The notes beneath the pieces are model-generated. The model saw only the letters and a program-made list of their open reading frames with translations, made no database searches and was not told the origin of the DNA. Below, one piece after another: positions 25,505-39,630 of a stretch of DNA of 64,000 nucleotides. The number at the start of each line of letters is the position of its first letter. The first letter of the stretch is position 1. Source of the stretch: Leucoraja ocellata. Taxonomy: Eukaryota. Made by a program: the position numbers and the translations under genes. The stretch lies in NCBI GenBank assembly GCA_036785375.1, contig JAWMAR010000265.1, positions 372,001 to 436,000 of the forward strand, written 5' to 3'.

Positions 25505-25588
25505 AGGTTTCGGACATGGCTTAGGATCAGAAGGTCTCATATGGAGGTGGGTCATCATTGCCTGAAGACGTTCACGTTCTTTAGAAAG
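25505..25588 (-). CDS. FOXP2: FOXP2 exon 10 ([28 protein letters not shown]), leucine zipper
   Basis: 84 nt, aacag| acceptor, CCT|gtaagt donor, phase 0-0. Confidence 0.97.
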
Positions 25589-26870
25589 CTGTTATTGAAC
25601 AAACAGAAACTAAATCACTTGCAAAATACTTTTAAAATGTTTGTGATGGCATGAATCTTATTTCTCTAAGTTTGTTCTAAAGAAATAGACAACTTCATAT
25701 GAAGCACTCATCGTTTAAGCTTCCCTTGTGTTAAAAGGTCACAGAAAAACAAATAACACTTCATCTTTTTGTCAATAGAAGAATTTAGGTCATATATGTA
25801 GTGACAGTAACAAGTTACCAAGAAGACAAATAAGTAGGCCCTTGGTGTTCTGTTAAACTCCCGTGGACACTGTGAGGAATGGAACAAAGCCAGCAGCTGG
25901 AAAAAAGTGAAGGGTTCTCAAAACACTGTGCCTGCCAAAATCATCTGCATGCTTCATCCTTTCCCTCTGAGGTCCAGTTACTGCCCCCTACAATCTGCCA
26001 TCATCAATCTAATTCAATAGAGTGACAGAGACCTGGCAGAGTCTTGCCCTTATCTCCGTCACAGAGTCTGGGTCCACATTGCACTGGGTCTCATTACAAA
26101 CAACGGACTTTATACCAAGCGATTGTTTCTATACTCGGCGAGAAGGAAACTTATTAACTGGCCACCTAGAATGCAGGATCATTGAGAGAAGATTGTTTCC
26201 TTGTGTTTTAAAATTATATATTGCTCAGTCAGCTAAAATTATAGCTAAGATCTTATTTCTTCAAATCGCAAATAAAACCATGAAATTTAAGGAGAGGAAT
26301 AAACAATATATAAAACAAAGGTCAGTTTTACTGAAAATAGAAAGCCCTTTCATTCCTGGCAAACATTATATGGAGGTGTACTAAGATACTAGCTGGAAGA
26401 GGTACCTGTATATAATATGAAAGAGGAGCTTGTACATGGTTTAGAAAGGGGGAATGGAAAGTGATTACCCAATATTGGTTTCTGATATATTCACACTGTT
26501 AGGTGGAGTCTGGAAAAAAGGTTTTGTGGACACTTTCTTGGCAATTAAATAATCCATTCTTCAGAAGATTTGAACAGGTTAGGATTTTATTGAAGTGACT
26601 CGGTGGTGGTAGTGGGTGTGGGAAGGGGGAATGTAGAGTTACTTTAAAGTAATCTTTTATTACATTATGATTTATGGTCTAACCAAGCTATTAATCCACA
26701 ATTGAATCTGAAATCCCAGCAATTAATTTCCCTACATTTTCATGAAAAATATTATTGTTTATTAAATGTAGCACGGGAATACATAAACCAGGAAAGATTG
26801 AAGAAAGACAGAAAACAGATAGATGGAAGTGGTATTGTTAAATGCTTAGTGTGTTCAACCTACTGTATCA

Positions 26871-26990
<120 letters not shown>

Positions 26991-28613
26991 TCAGGCTGTT
27001 TGTTTGGTACACCACAATTGTTATTTATGTAACTCTGTAAGGCATCGTAATAAGCGTTGTTACGGTCAAATGATACAGCATATGACATTACACAAAACTG
27101 TCAATCAGCTTTCATGCGATCAGCTTTAACATTGTATGGGCATCTTTGTGACTTTTAGGTCCATTAACTAGACTTCAAAAGGAAAAGGATGATGTTGGCT
27201 GCAACCAAAAAAGGGAGGAGTAATAAAAATCTAAAATTATTTTGTCAAATTTTAGCCTAACAGCAGCAAACATAAGATATCATGACACAGAATGAAGCTT
27301 TTCAAAACAGCTAGGTAATCAGTTGCCGTCACTCTTCACTTTACCTAGAGCACTGCAATGTTTTACCTTTGAGTTTCACAGTGTTATGCCTGGCAAGAAT
27401 TATAATGAAGGCTGATGTACATTTGCACTACTTTTAAGGTGGGTAAGCATTAGTGATTCATACATGCAGTGAGGGATGGGATACAGAGGATATTGTGGGA
27501 AATCACAGGAGCACAGCTGTACTACCTTATCCAATAATGTTAATGGGCAGAAAATCACAGGCATATGCTCTGTAATTTCATACAATGGGCTTCCCAATAT
27601 AATGACAGCGGCAAATCAACCTAAATTTCAGTGTAAACACTTTACGAGGGCACAAGAGACTGCAGATGCATGAATCTGGAGCGGAAAAAAAAAAAAGACT
27701 GCTTGACGAGACACAAGGAATCTTGAATCTTGGGCAATAGACAAAGTGCTGGAGAAACTCAACTGGTCGAGAAACATTTGTGGTGGAAAGGAATTGCCAA
27801 CATTTTAGGCTGGGATTGTCCCGAGTCTAGACTGGACACATAGACAATTCCCTTCCCTCACAGTGACTTCTCAACCTGCTGAGTTCACTGCAATCTTCTT
27901 TTAGCGAAACATTTTATGACATGGCCAGCACATGCAAACCCTTGATTCCAACTCAAGCAGAACTTTTTGAAGAGACTAAAGAAACAGAATTATTTCAGCC
28001 AAAGTTAATTCATTTATATTTTCTTATTTGTATTTTATCTACAATTAGTTTCCATGTTCAGATTCTTGTTTTTAATGAAATAATACCATTAATATTTGGG
28101 CTTATTTTGATGACAATCGAAAGATTGTGAGGATTTGTTTTCATGTTTGAATATGCAGTTTTAAGAGCAAAGTTGCAGTAATGATTTTAGGACCATTATT
28201 TTACCTTTGGCAAATAGCTATTAACATACTGTGCTTCCATTTGTCTAATCCTAGCAGTTGTTATTGCCAGGGTGGAACTAATTTAGACAATAATGATCTT
28301 CATGGATATAATTCCATCTAAGTCTCAGTAACAGTTTTAAACCTTCCCTTAGATTATTGATTTGCATTGAGCACCATGTACAGAGCATTTAATTAAGACA
28401 CAAGTGACAACTCGAGCTGCAAATTACTATGTAATATTCACTAGACCTCAAGTTTCATTTAAAATATTGAATCATGAAGTCCCAGTGAACTTTATACAAA
28501 TCACCAGAAACAGTCATTTAGGCCAATGTTGTTCTTTGTCCTCCACTTGAAATGCAAATTCTATTCGCAATCAGACAGGGTAACAGTTTAAAATGAGCAA
28601 AACTAGTTCACAA

Positions 28614-28844
28614 AAGATAGACACGAAAAACTGAGGGACCTCAGCGGGTCAGGCAGCATATCTGGAGAAAAGGAATAGGCCTTCTTCAGAAGGGTCTCGA
28701 CCCAAAATGTCAACTATTCCTTTTCTCCAGAGATGCTGCCTGACCCGCTGAGTTACTCCAGCGTTTTGTGTCTATCTTTTGTGAACTAGTTTTGGTCATT
28801 TTAAGATGCTCAGTTTAAACCAGCATCTGCTGTTCCTTCCTACA
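28614..28844. mobile_element. Palindromic Penelope-derived element with 16-bp target-site duplication
   Basis: About 65-bp inverted arms; caaaactagttcacaa at 28598-28613 and 28845-28860. Confidence 0.85.
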
Positions 28845-31800
28845 CAAAACTAGTTCACAATCCTTCGTAGTAATATAATGGCCTTATAATTAGTTTGTAA
28901 AAAAATAACATCAGTGTGAACTGCAAAATTATATTTCAAGTCTACATTTAAATTTTTACTTTCCTTATGTCATTTTCTGAGGAGATTAATTAAAAATAAA
29001 TGCCTACCCCATGCTCATGCTAGAATTGAAAAGTAATCAATGCTTATCCTTATGCTTCTCTGGAAAGATTTTGAATGCTTTTGGATGAAAAGTGATGAGA
29101 AGACATATACTAAAAATACATGTGGTAATGCAAATGAAAATAAGGTGATTACGGAGTTTACATAAATATATTATTTTTTTAAATTAAGCTACACTGAAGC
29201 TAAAGACTCATTAACTGCATCAGCATTTTGAATGCCTTAACCAGTGTTAATACAGTGCGTACAAAAACATGGGCTTAAACCCTTAGTGGACAATGGCACT
29301 GATTGGAGATAAATGAAGAAGAAGATGTGCTAACTATTAATTTGTAAGTGGTACTACGCATGGGTTTGGGAAACTTGGATTCTGTAAAAGAAAATATGAC
29401 TCTTGGCATTGAGAATATTTTCTCTTCAAATGGAGACATGTGGATTATGAGCAGGCCAACAAGTGTTTGGTCTTGCCTTCAGGTTTGGCACAGACATTAT
29501 ATGTCTATGGGCCTCTTCCTGTGTTGTACTCATCTATGGTCTATGTCCTATTCCTGCATGATGAGCACTTAGCATGCTGAACATCCAGCTAAATGCAACT
29601 AAAAACCAATGCCAATGCAAAACAAAAAGAGTTGTTTCCAAATAAAGCCCTCAAATTACCCAATCCCCTATGTATAATGTCAGCTTAGTGGGGAAAGGCT
29701 TTCATTTAAAAAAAAGACAAAAATGTTTGATAGAAAAAGATAACTTTGGTAACAAAAACAGCAAGAACAAGCAGGTAAAACATGTTGGAATGAAAGAGCA
29801 AAGAATTTGAGAAGACGTCCATCTCAAAATCTAGGAAGAAAATGCACATGGTAGAATTTTTTTTTAACTAAAACTAAAATGCATTCTTTAAAGAGAGTGT
29901 TATTGGAATTTTCTCGCGCCTCCTTGCAGAGATTCAGACACTTCATCTCTTGCTTTTATACACAGTGCTTTCAAGCACTCATATTAAACTTCATATGTTG
30001 TAGCGCATTTCAAGGTGTATTTATACTTAAATGACAAGGGTCCCCAGTGGTTCAGTGAATGTAACTAGCAAGTACCCGAGCCATACAGACTAGAAAGGTC
30101 CAGGTCAATCCTTTATCTGTAGCATATGACCTGATTTCTGGCCAAGATTAACATTGAACCTAAGTTATGGAGCATAAAATCAGCCAGATTTCCCTCTTCC
30201 AATACAATACCTATTTCTGAAGATGAGTATTTGTCTACGCCTAATGAGGAAAAGACTGGACTTCCAAATTCCAATATACCAACACCCAGTCGTAAGATGC
30301 ACACATTAATAATTGTCATCTATATTTAAGTCCAGCAAAAAAATAAGCAGAATGAATATAAACAGCCGTAGTTTGTTAAATTAGGCAAATCTTTAGATAA
30401 TATGCAGCCTTCACATTTTCTATATATGTGAATCTTAATGAATAATTAAAATATAATAAAACACGAATGCCCTTCAACTACACTGCAGCAGTTGTAGAAA
30501 ACTGCAGTTAGCTAAGCCATTACTGCTCTGCAACAACTGTAAGCATGAAAATAGTTATCGGCATTGCCCGTCAAACTTAGACTATATAACATTGACATCT
30601 GCTCACGTTTGTTAACATCACTACAAAGAACAAAGCTGAAAATAGTGGCAATGCTATACCACAGATTCAATTTGGTTCAATTTTCAATGGAAATCAAAAG
30701 ATTTAAATTCCAATACAAGCCTTCGTTGCGTTAAATGAAAGCAAAAAAAGGAAGGTCTTTGCAAAGTTATGTGAGGCAATGCCTCTCTGTCGAAATGATT
30801 ATTGATGACAAATTCACAAAGCACCCTTAAAATGACATAGAATTTGGAAATGCCAAAGCTGCCACTTTCCTTTCTGTAATTATAGGCTAGCTTGCAGGCC
30901 TCTTATTATTTAAAGTATAAACTCTGTCAGATCAATGAACATGCAATATTCCATGCTTTTTTTTTGCTACATCTGCTGTCTCTTTTCCTTGCTATTGTTT
31001 ACCAGCTATGAGCAAAATAATGTCTATTCATTCTCGTATTTAATTATGTCAATCATTGCTGCGAAATTGGACACTGGCAAAGAAAAGGTAGGAATAAACC
31101 TCCACAATAATACATCAAGAGATCGTTCATAGGTTTAAATTATTAACCTATTTATTTATGATTATTTTATACAGAAATGATGACTCTCTTTCATGCTTTA
31201 GTAACCACTTCAGGTCAGACATATTGCTCCTCACAAATTCTCTATGATTTATATAACAAGAATGAGATAAGCTGAAAAATGATAGGATTGGTGGATTTTT
31301 TTTCAGCCTGTGCTTAATTGCTGTTTCAAAATGCATATGCAAAGGGACATTTCATTAATCATTTAATCACATCCCTAGCAGGAAGTTGGACCTAATGTTG
31401 CAAATACCCTTTTCATTTCAATACTCCATAATGCTATCGTATGCACTTGATATATTGCATATGTCATAAATTATAGCTGCTTCAAAACGACCAAGTGGAT
31501 TGTTATCCCCATAGATGCTTGTTACAAAACCTTTATTAAGTTTTCTACTTATTGCCAGTTCTATTTCACAGCTTCATTCCGGTCTCCAATAACAGCTATT
31601 TCCAATGTCAAAGGTCTATAAATTACCCATGCAATCTCTAACACCATTTCACAGACCCGTTCTACTTCTACTGGTCTGCTAACAAGCCGATTACACACAA
31701 ATTACTGAATACCTATGAAATATTTAAGTGCATCCTACTTTGCTATGCATTAATAAGAGGAAAGCAGTCTCTGGAATGCTGCTTGGCTGAAGTCCCTAAT

Positions 31801-34800
31801 GTCCCCTAATGAGGCTTTTACAGTGACTCTAGTTCAAATATAGAGGTGAAGGAAAAATGCAAAGGGTGCCTTCAAAAAGCCAGCACTGTGCAAACATTCC
31901 ATGAGCTAGCTCTAATTTATGGGTCACTTTATAGATATATTGATTTTTGTTTTCAAAACGGAATAAATGATGTGGTTGTCTACCATTCAGTAAAGGAGTA
32001 TGAAAGCCTTTTGGTAGATGGCCGATTCAGCCAGACCTCATGCTTAAGTCTGAAACTTGAATATCATTAGCATACCAACTTATTCACATTATTAATTAAA
32101 ACATTTTTGAAGCAACGCGGTAAAGCGAAAAAAACCCAACCTGAATTTTTATGACTGTCTTTTAAAACTATTATAGGTCTCGATAAACAGAATCCATAGA
32201 AAGTTGTGATTGATTAATACTGCAACTGGAATATCTCAGAAAATGAATTTTACCATTTAATGCAAGAAACTGTGAACGGCTTTGGAGTTTTATCATATTT
32301 TCTATTTTTTCCACAATTTTCATTCTGTATATTCCCTATTCACATGAGAGAATTAACTTTATTTTTATCTATAGGTCAAACTGCTTCTAATTCCCTTGGA
32401 AGGTATCTTCATTGAAAATACTGAATGAAATCGAATTATTATCTGACTCAGTAATTCTGAAGTACATTTGGTCAAAAGAAGATGAGGAGTGCATTTTTAG
32501 TTTCTTCAACACCAATCAGTTTGCTTCAGTCTGATTTAAAGCATTCTAATGGCAAACAAGAACCTCACAAAACTAACAGAACATTCAGTAATAGCATGCA
32601 TTCTAATTCAAAGTAGTTGGACACCTAGCATTTCACCACACTAGCTGAAAGTCTGACAAATGCACAAAAGTTAACAAACAAAATGTTATTAGTAGATCCA
32701 TTGCGCACATTCTTACAAAGTAAATATTTTCAGTTACAACATTTCTCATGAAAATTTATTTCTACAAAGTTTAAACAGGATTACAGTGCAGTCACTTTCT
32801 GCATCAGATTTTACATCACTGGAGATATTAGGTGTTTGACTTTCCACCAAGCACTGTTAAACCTGGTGATAAATATTTAAGCATATTTGCTAAATATTTT
32901 GAGTATTTCTCTGAATATAACTATTTATTTTCCTTTGGATCATTCGAACTATTATTTTGAAATATGTCCAAATTATTGAATTTTCCAGGCGCTGCAATAC
33001 TAGTGTAACAAATGTTTATACAAAATAAATCAAACACAAAGAATAGAAATTGACTCTATTCCAATTCTAATTTATATTGCTAGGTTTATAATATCATGAA
33101 TTATGGTCAGTCTTGGCTGATGAAGATGTCATGATATGCTCGAACATCTTCAAAGGAAAGTTCTTCTTTATATTTATCCAATGATGTTCGCACTGGTACA
33201 TCTCCTTTGACACAAAAGGCTTCTTCAAATGCGGACAATGTTATAAGAGTAAAAGACTATCATTCTTTGTATGTTGGCAGCCTGCTACATATGGGTCAGA
33301 ACGTAGAAAAATCTTAACTGGTTTCTTTACAGCATGCCTTTCTGGAAAATCTGTCTGATCCAGCATTTAAAACATGTACATACAATTTACTAATCAACCA
33401 TCGGAATAGGTTACTGACTAAATATACCAATCTTCCAAACTTTTCAAGTCCTGCCATTGAACTGATCATCTTATCTCATTAGTCAGTTCTGAAAATGTAC
33501 TGTTAAATTTGTCAATGGCAAAATGGTTAACTCCTGTCATCATCACTTAAGGCAAAGAATGTAAAACGTGCACCAACAAGTCTTCGGCAATGTTTCAGTG
33601 GCCCAAATGTTTATTATTTAAATGTTTACATACATTTCTTCTTGTGACTCTTTTATAAATAGAGTAAAATAAATTATTCTGAGCCTTCAACGCGAGGGCT
33701 TGCTGTCTCCTTTAACAATTATATATTTTTGGAGCCATGAAATGATCTTGTCATACAAGGGGGCAGGCAGTGAAATGCTCCAGTCCCAAACCTCCAGCCA
33801 GCATAAAGTATCTTATATCCAAAATGTTACATAAAATCAGAGCCTATTTAATAATGTTGTTTATTTAAAAATGTGTTGAACATTTACACACATTAGACAT
33901 TATAGAGTCAAATTACTCTATGACATTATTAAACTGAAAACAGGATGAAACTAAATTCCTTAGTTCTGTGATTGAGTCAGTTTATATCATACTTCAACGC
34001 TAGCCACCAAATACACTACCTCAGCAATGTATAGATAAAAATGCATTCAATTCCTCAGATGTTATTCTTCACTTCACCCAAAATCCATTCGATTATCAGA
34101 AAAGCAAGGCAGCAGCAATGTGTTTTCTACTGTAATCCCCTTTCCAAGTGCTTTTGTGTAACTGTCTTTTAAAAGAAAAACTGTAAACTGCTTCTTACTT
34201 AGGAGAAGTTCCACTTCAGCACCCAGACAAGATTCCCTTAGAAATTTCCATCAGTCAACTATGTGAATCCACAACATTGGCCTGGATCGTTTTTTTATTC
34301 CAACAGTAAGCATGCTTTATTAATTTTTCATCGTAGTACTATATACTTGCATTAACTCTATTGTAAACCAGTAGTGAGCTCTTTCCTTCCTTTTATGAGG
34401 ATATGCGTTTAGATTAGGAATGCTCTAAGGCCCAACCACCTTAATGGCTTAACTGCTATTTGGAGTTACATATGACATGCTTGGGAGGCTGCAGGCTTTA
34501 ATTCTGTTTTTCACTATAAAGTTAATGGATTGGAAAACAGTGTATCTCTTAACTAAGAAGTATTTAATAGAAATCTAAATCGATTTTAAAGAAAAAAAAG
34601 TAATTGTCAATAACCTATATTGTGCATTTGAGTTAGTGTTATGTCTGTGAGAAATGGGTCACCACCTGAAGATCAAAGCATCCATTTTTAGTACAACCGT
34701 ATATCTGAATTGTATGCTGGAGTCTATTTACAATTATAAAACAGAGTGCTCCAAGGATAATACACTTTTGTAAATATACATAGCTGTACAGTACAGATGG

Positions 34801-35948
34801 ATCAGAAATGTGAACACACTATTTTAGATACTGATTATTGATGTTTAAGTTTTGTTTATAACATTAGCTGATTTTTTGAACCTTCTAGTGATAATATTAA
34901 ATATTGATTTAATTGTATTATTATTTTCTATTGTTATAATTTCTATTCTTCTCAAAAGTAAATTAGTCAAATTTTAGAATGTTAAACCAAGAAAGCTGGA
35001 TTACATTTGTAAAACCCTGCACTTTGTGGTTTTATGGTGTTTAGCATGTTCACAGATAGTAATCATATACCACAGTATAGTCCAAGTCTTAACCCTTTGC
35101 TGATATATTAGGTTTTGGCAACAATTTACTCAACAATGTGCCAATTTTTTCTAAATTGTTGGCTAGGCTAACATTGTAATCTGAATTCTATATCACAAAC
35201 ATAATCTAATATAATTCACAACAAGTATGAATCTAACACATCTTATTTTTTTCTTGCCTATTCTATTTGAATCTTAGTTTGAGATCAATGCATCTTCTGG
35301 TGTTTCTGAATGCTGATCTGCTTTGCAATACCCTGTAGTCTACAGTACTGTAAACACATCGTCTTTGATGTCCCTGCTAACATCCTGGCAACAAAGCAAT
35401 GCAATTACAAATGAGCTAATTAACTAAATTGTTGATGGAGCATGAACAGTTCATTCACCCTGTTAGTTGCACCATGACAACAAGGGATTCTCAAATTGTG
35501 AAGTTACTCGTCTATACAAACTGCCTACAAACCACACCAGAGAGAAAGAGAAGCAGAATAAACAATAAGAAGTCTCTGTCACCAAGCTGTTGAAGTTGTA
35601 CGTTGATTTTAATTGCACTGTCCATTTTCAGAACAGTGGGCACATTTAAATTTGCACCTTCGCTTATGCACTTCCATTATTAAAGTTTGCTGGACGAATT
35701 GATTTTATTTATGAATCTGCAAATCAGGTGGATAAATTATTAAATTTCAGAGAAATATTTTTTTTTTCAGAAATCCAATTCTGGACAAGTTGAATGTTTA
35801 AAACTGACGAGACGACACACGGAACATTTTGAATATTGTTTACTAGAACACCACTGGAACATTAGCAATGTTAAGATTTTCTTGGCACGTGGGACAACTA
35901 TTGCGAACTTCAAATGCAGAAATGATTGGAATGACTGTGGTAAACTTA

Positions 35949-36080
<132 letters not shown>

Positions 36081-36145
36081 TTAATCTCAAAAGCCATAAT
36101 CGTTGGAGGCTGCTAGCGCCTGTCAGGTTGCGATCAGTGACAAAT

Positions 36146-36161
36146 AGGTCAAAACAGGTCA
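36146..36161 (+). promoter_or_regulatory. Perfect DR4 nuclear-receptor motif
   Basis: AGGTCA aaac AGGTCA in non-repetitive DNA, about 90 nt from the exon 8 acceptor; function untested. Confidence 0.45.
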
Positions 36162-37421
36162 ATTGAGCTCAGAACAGTCAGGAAAAATTAATCATTCTAT
36201 TGAATAGTACAACTGCCAAGGCTGTATGATGTTCCAATTAGGACAGAAAGAGAGCCAAAGATGGCTGTTAATAAAGAGTGAAAGAAAATGGGATGACTGC
36301 ATAACACTGCCTGATTATTTAGCCAGGTGACACTGATGTAAGATTTTTCACATCAAAATGCTGAATACAGTCATCACAGCAGAAACACAATAATTTTAAC
36401 CTTCACTCTACATAAATTCAACTCTGGGAATACGATAAGTAGTATATTCACTTGATAAGGCTATTTTTGGAAGCCATGATATGTTAAATTGTATGTGTTA
36501 ATAATGCAAAAACAGTAACTGAGCAGAACTTAAAATTATATTTTATTTCTTCATATAACCTCATAGCTGAAATGTATGTGTTGGCAAATGCAGCAAAGAA
36601 ATTATTTTCACAAGTGTTTAACTAGCAGACATTGTGTTAAGCTATTTCCTTTATCGTGTGAATATAAACGGCTACTGAAGAGCAATCAAACATATTTTTG
36701 TGACCGGGCATTCTATTGTTTTGTGCGCAGAGAGGACACTTCAGTGGTTAATTAGGAATGTCACAATCTAAACATTTATAAATAAAAACCTTACATTTGC
36801 CTTAAATTCTCCCTGATCAACACAGACCGTTATTAAAATATTCAATTTATAACCTATTTTCCTCAACGGAATATGCCTGTGATTTTGCTCTATTGGGTAT
36901 TCACATCAGCTGTTCCATTTATAAAAGTCTTTTTTTTTCCTGTTTATGAAGTATAAGAAAATGAATTTGCTATAATTATGAAGCGTATGTGACATATCAA
37001 TGGTATTTTAAATGATGGTTAATGATATCTGTACAGAATATAAAGGCAGCCATGGATGATCAACTTTTCCCAACATGTTTAAGATTTGCAAAACAGCAGC
37101 TTTTGTTGAAATCCCAATTTACTTTTTAAAGCATTCAGATTTCTCACACCTGAGAAATCATAAAAAAGACTTTCCATTGTTTCAATATCATAGTTTCCAT
37201 TGTTCCACATCAATGTTGAGGTGTAAATCAGTTTACTAGAGAGCACACAGCAGACTGAGGAGATGGTTGAATGGCTGACAAAAGACCTGTAAAAATGAAA
37301 GATTTTCATTAACTCTTTCTACACTTATTGACAAGTTGTGTTTTTTGGGTGCGACTGGGTGGGCACAAGGCATGATTATCAAATATCCATTGTACTCCGT
37401 TACTTGATTCTAAACTATGAC

Positions 37422-37930
37422 TAGGGTTGCCAACTTTCTCACTCCAAAATAAGGGACAACAGGTCAAAATAAGGGACAAATTCCTGACGGCAACTAGTTG
37501 ACTGACTTGGCCGTGACTGGGTGAATGATGAGTTGGCCCGGGTGCTGGACTGCACACAAAGCCCAGCCGGCGGGGCAGCAGAGGAGTTTTAACCTGGGTG
37601 CGCTTAACGTCACACGCAAAGTCCGGCGCCCCGTCCAATTCATGAACCGATGATTGGCCATGAGAAGGAGAGGTGGTGGTGTCGGCGGTAAGTGAAGGTC
37701 CGAAGGTCGGACAGCTGGCTGAGCTGCCAATCAACATGGCCACAGGTGAAGTGCTGCTGCTGCACTCCATGGGCTGCACTACGCCTGGACGGGTGAGGTG
37801 GGGCCGGACCCAACAGTCCCCTCGACCCGAGTAGTAGCAGTCAAATACGGGACAAGGGAGGTCCCGTATGGGACAAACCAATTTTGCCCAATATACGGGA
37901 TGTCCCGGCTAATACACGACAGTTGGCAAC
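37422..37930. mobile_element. Non-autonomous hAT (Blackjack-like) DNA transposon
   Basis: TAGGGTTGCCAACT ... AGTTGGCAAC termini (right end clipped), subterminal gggac repeats, GC-rich interior. Confidence 0.75.
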
Positions 37931-38159
37931 AAGGTCCAAAGTTGTGTATAAATGTTTAAATCTCTTGGCCCAGGCTAAATGAACGTGACATTCACAGGAA
38001 GTTTCAGGCAATGGAAGGGAGTTTATTTGTTAATTTAGACACTGTAGACACTGCAAGCACTCAAGTAGCTATTTCTGATATGTTTTAAGATATTTAAAAC
38101 AAAGCTAATGAGTATGGCTGTGGTGACAGATCTAGGAGATTGTCCAGGGAAACAAAATA

Positions 38160-38352
38160 TGTGGTAAGGAACTGCAGATGCTGATTTACACCAAAGATAG
38201 GCACACTATGCTGGAGTAACTCAGCGGGACAGGCCACATCTCTGCATAGAAGAATGTTTCAGGGATCTGATGAAGGGTCTTGACCCGAAACCCCACAATT
38301 CCTTCTATCCAGAGATGCTGCCTGAGTTACTCCAGCATTTTGTGTCTATCTT
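38160..38352 (+). mobile_element. Palindromic Penelope-derived element
   Basis: Inverted arms around CTGATGAAGGGTCTTGACCCGAAA; flanked by cagggaaa(c/g)aaaat at 38145-38158 and 38353-38366. Confidence 0.8.
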
Positions 38353-38600
38353 CAGGGAAAGAAAATGATAGAATTAAAATAAATGTATAATTGTCATGAT
38401 AATTACAGTTAGCTTTAATATTATAATAAATTTACCCCAAATATTAACTTGTTAAAAGAAAGCTGTAAAGCATATCTAATGTTGTTAGTATGAATTTCAA
38501 AGTAATATGCAACTTTGGCAAAAATCCTATACAATTCAGTTTTCAGCTGTATAACAATCTAAAGTCTGCATCTCTGAATTCCCAATGATGTTTGAAATTT

Positions 38601-38810
38601 AGGAAGGAACTGCAGATGCTGGTTTAAACTGAAGATAGACTCAAAATGCTGGAGTAACTCAGCGGGTCAGGCAGCATCTCTGGAGAGAAGACTCTAATCA
38701 GACTGATCAGATATCAGACTGAAGATGGGTCTTGATCCGAAACGTCACTCATTCCTTCTCTTCAGAGATGCTGCTTGTCCCACTGAATTATTCCACATTT
38801 TGTGTCTATC
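38601..38810 (+). mobile_element. Palindromic Penelope-derived element
   Basis: Inverted arms around CTGAAGATGGGTCTTGATCCGAAACGTCA (38719-38747); imperfect tgatgttt flanking repeat. Confidence 0.8.
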
Positions 38811-39389
38811 TGATGTTTTAGATTTGTTCAGTGGAAGTTTGTTTGTGACCTGAAATGGGAAGGAGAGATAATTGACAACTGCTGTTTAGTGTACAGGAGA
38901 AGAATGTGATGACTTCTGATTCCATCAGAAATCTGTTGTCATTGATGGGGGTTGCTATTCAATAGTGATTGGTTCCTATATTAATATAAATGTTATTTGT
39001 CAAAAGAACGTTCTGGTTGAGAGTTAGCTTGAGAGTTTTGTTCCTTCAAGTTTACTGCATATATGCAGATTATTTGAGCTGAAAAGAAGCTGATGAATGA
39101 TTTGTTTATGTATTTTGTGTGAAATCCTATACTGAAGGATCATATATATTGTTTCAATCCAAGAAATCCATGCCAACTGTAAAAGGAATCTATTTCTTGG
39201 ACTGTAATTTTAGGTTTAGACACTGTAGCAAAAAAAGGCCAGAAGATATATATTTTACTTTTCACAATCAAAGATCTTTCCAGTGCTTTATAAACAATTG
39301 TGTATGAATGCAACTACTGTGTAATGTATGAATTGCTCTAACCAACATGTACTAATCAAATTTACTACAAATGACTATTAGCTACATAA

Positions 39390-39630
39390 TGGCCATCAAT
39401 TGATTCTGGTCAGGACACTGAAGGGACTCTTTAGCCTCCTGTGGTGGGTGCACTGGGATCTTTAACATCCACTTCAGAGGGCAGTGGTGCTTAGGATAGA
39501 CATTGCTTCCAAAAGGGCAATATTCCCTCAGTATTACAGAAGAGTCAAGCGAGGTTCTGCACCCAGATTTGCCAGTTACAGCTTGAACATGCAACATCCT
39601 TCATGGCAAAAATACTACCACTAAGCCATA
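39390..39630 (-). mobile_element. Ancient DeuSINE-like remnant
   Basis: gggatctttaacatccacttcagagggcag...tccctcagtattaca resembles the reverse-complemented Deu core as recalled. Confidence 0.55.

Noticed and set aside
37309-37881. 190-aa ORF and CpG-rich patch as a gene or CpG-island promoter
   Set aside because: Lies within a TIR-bounded non-autonomous DNA transposon; no protein motif.
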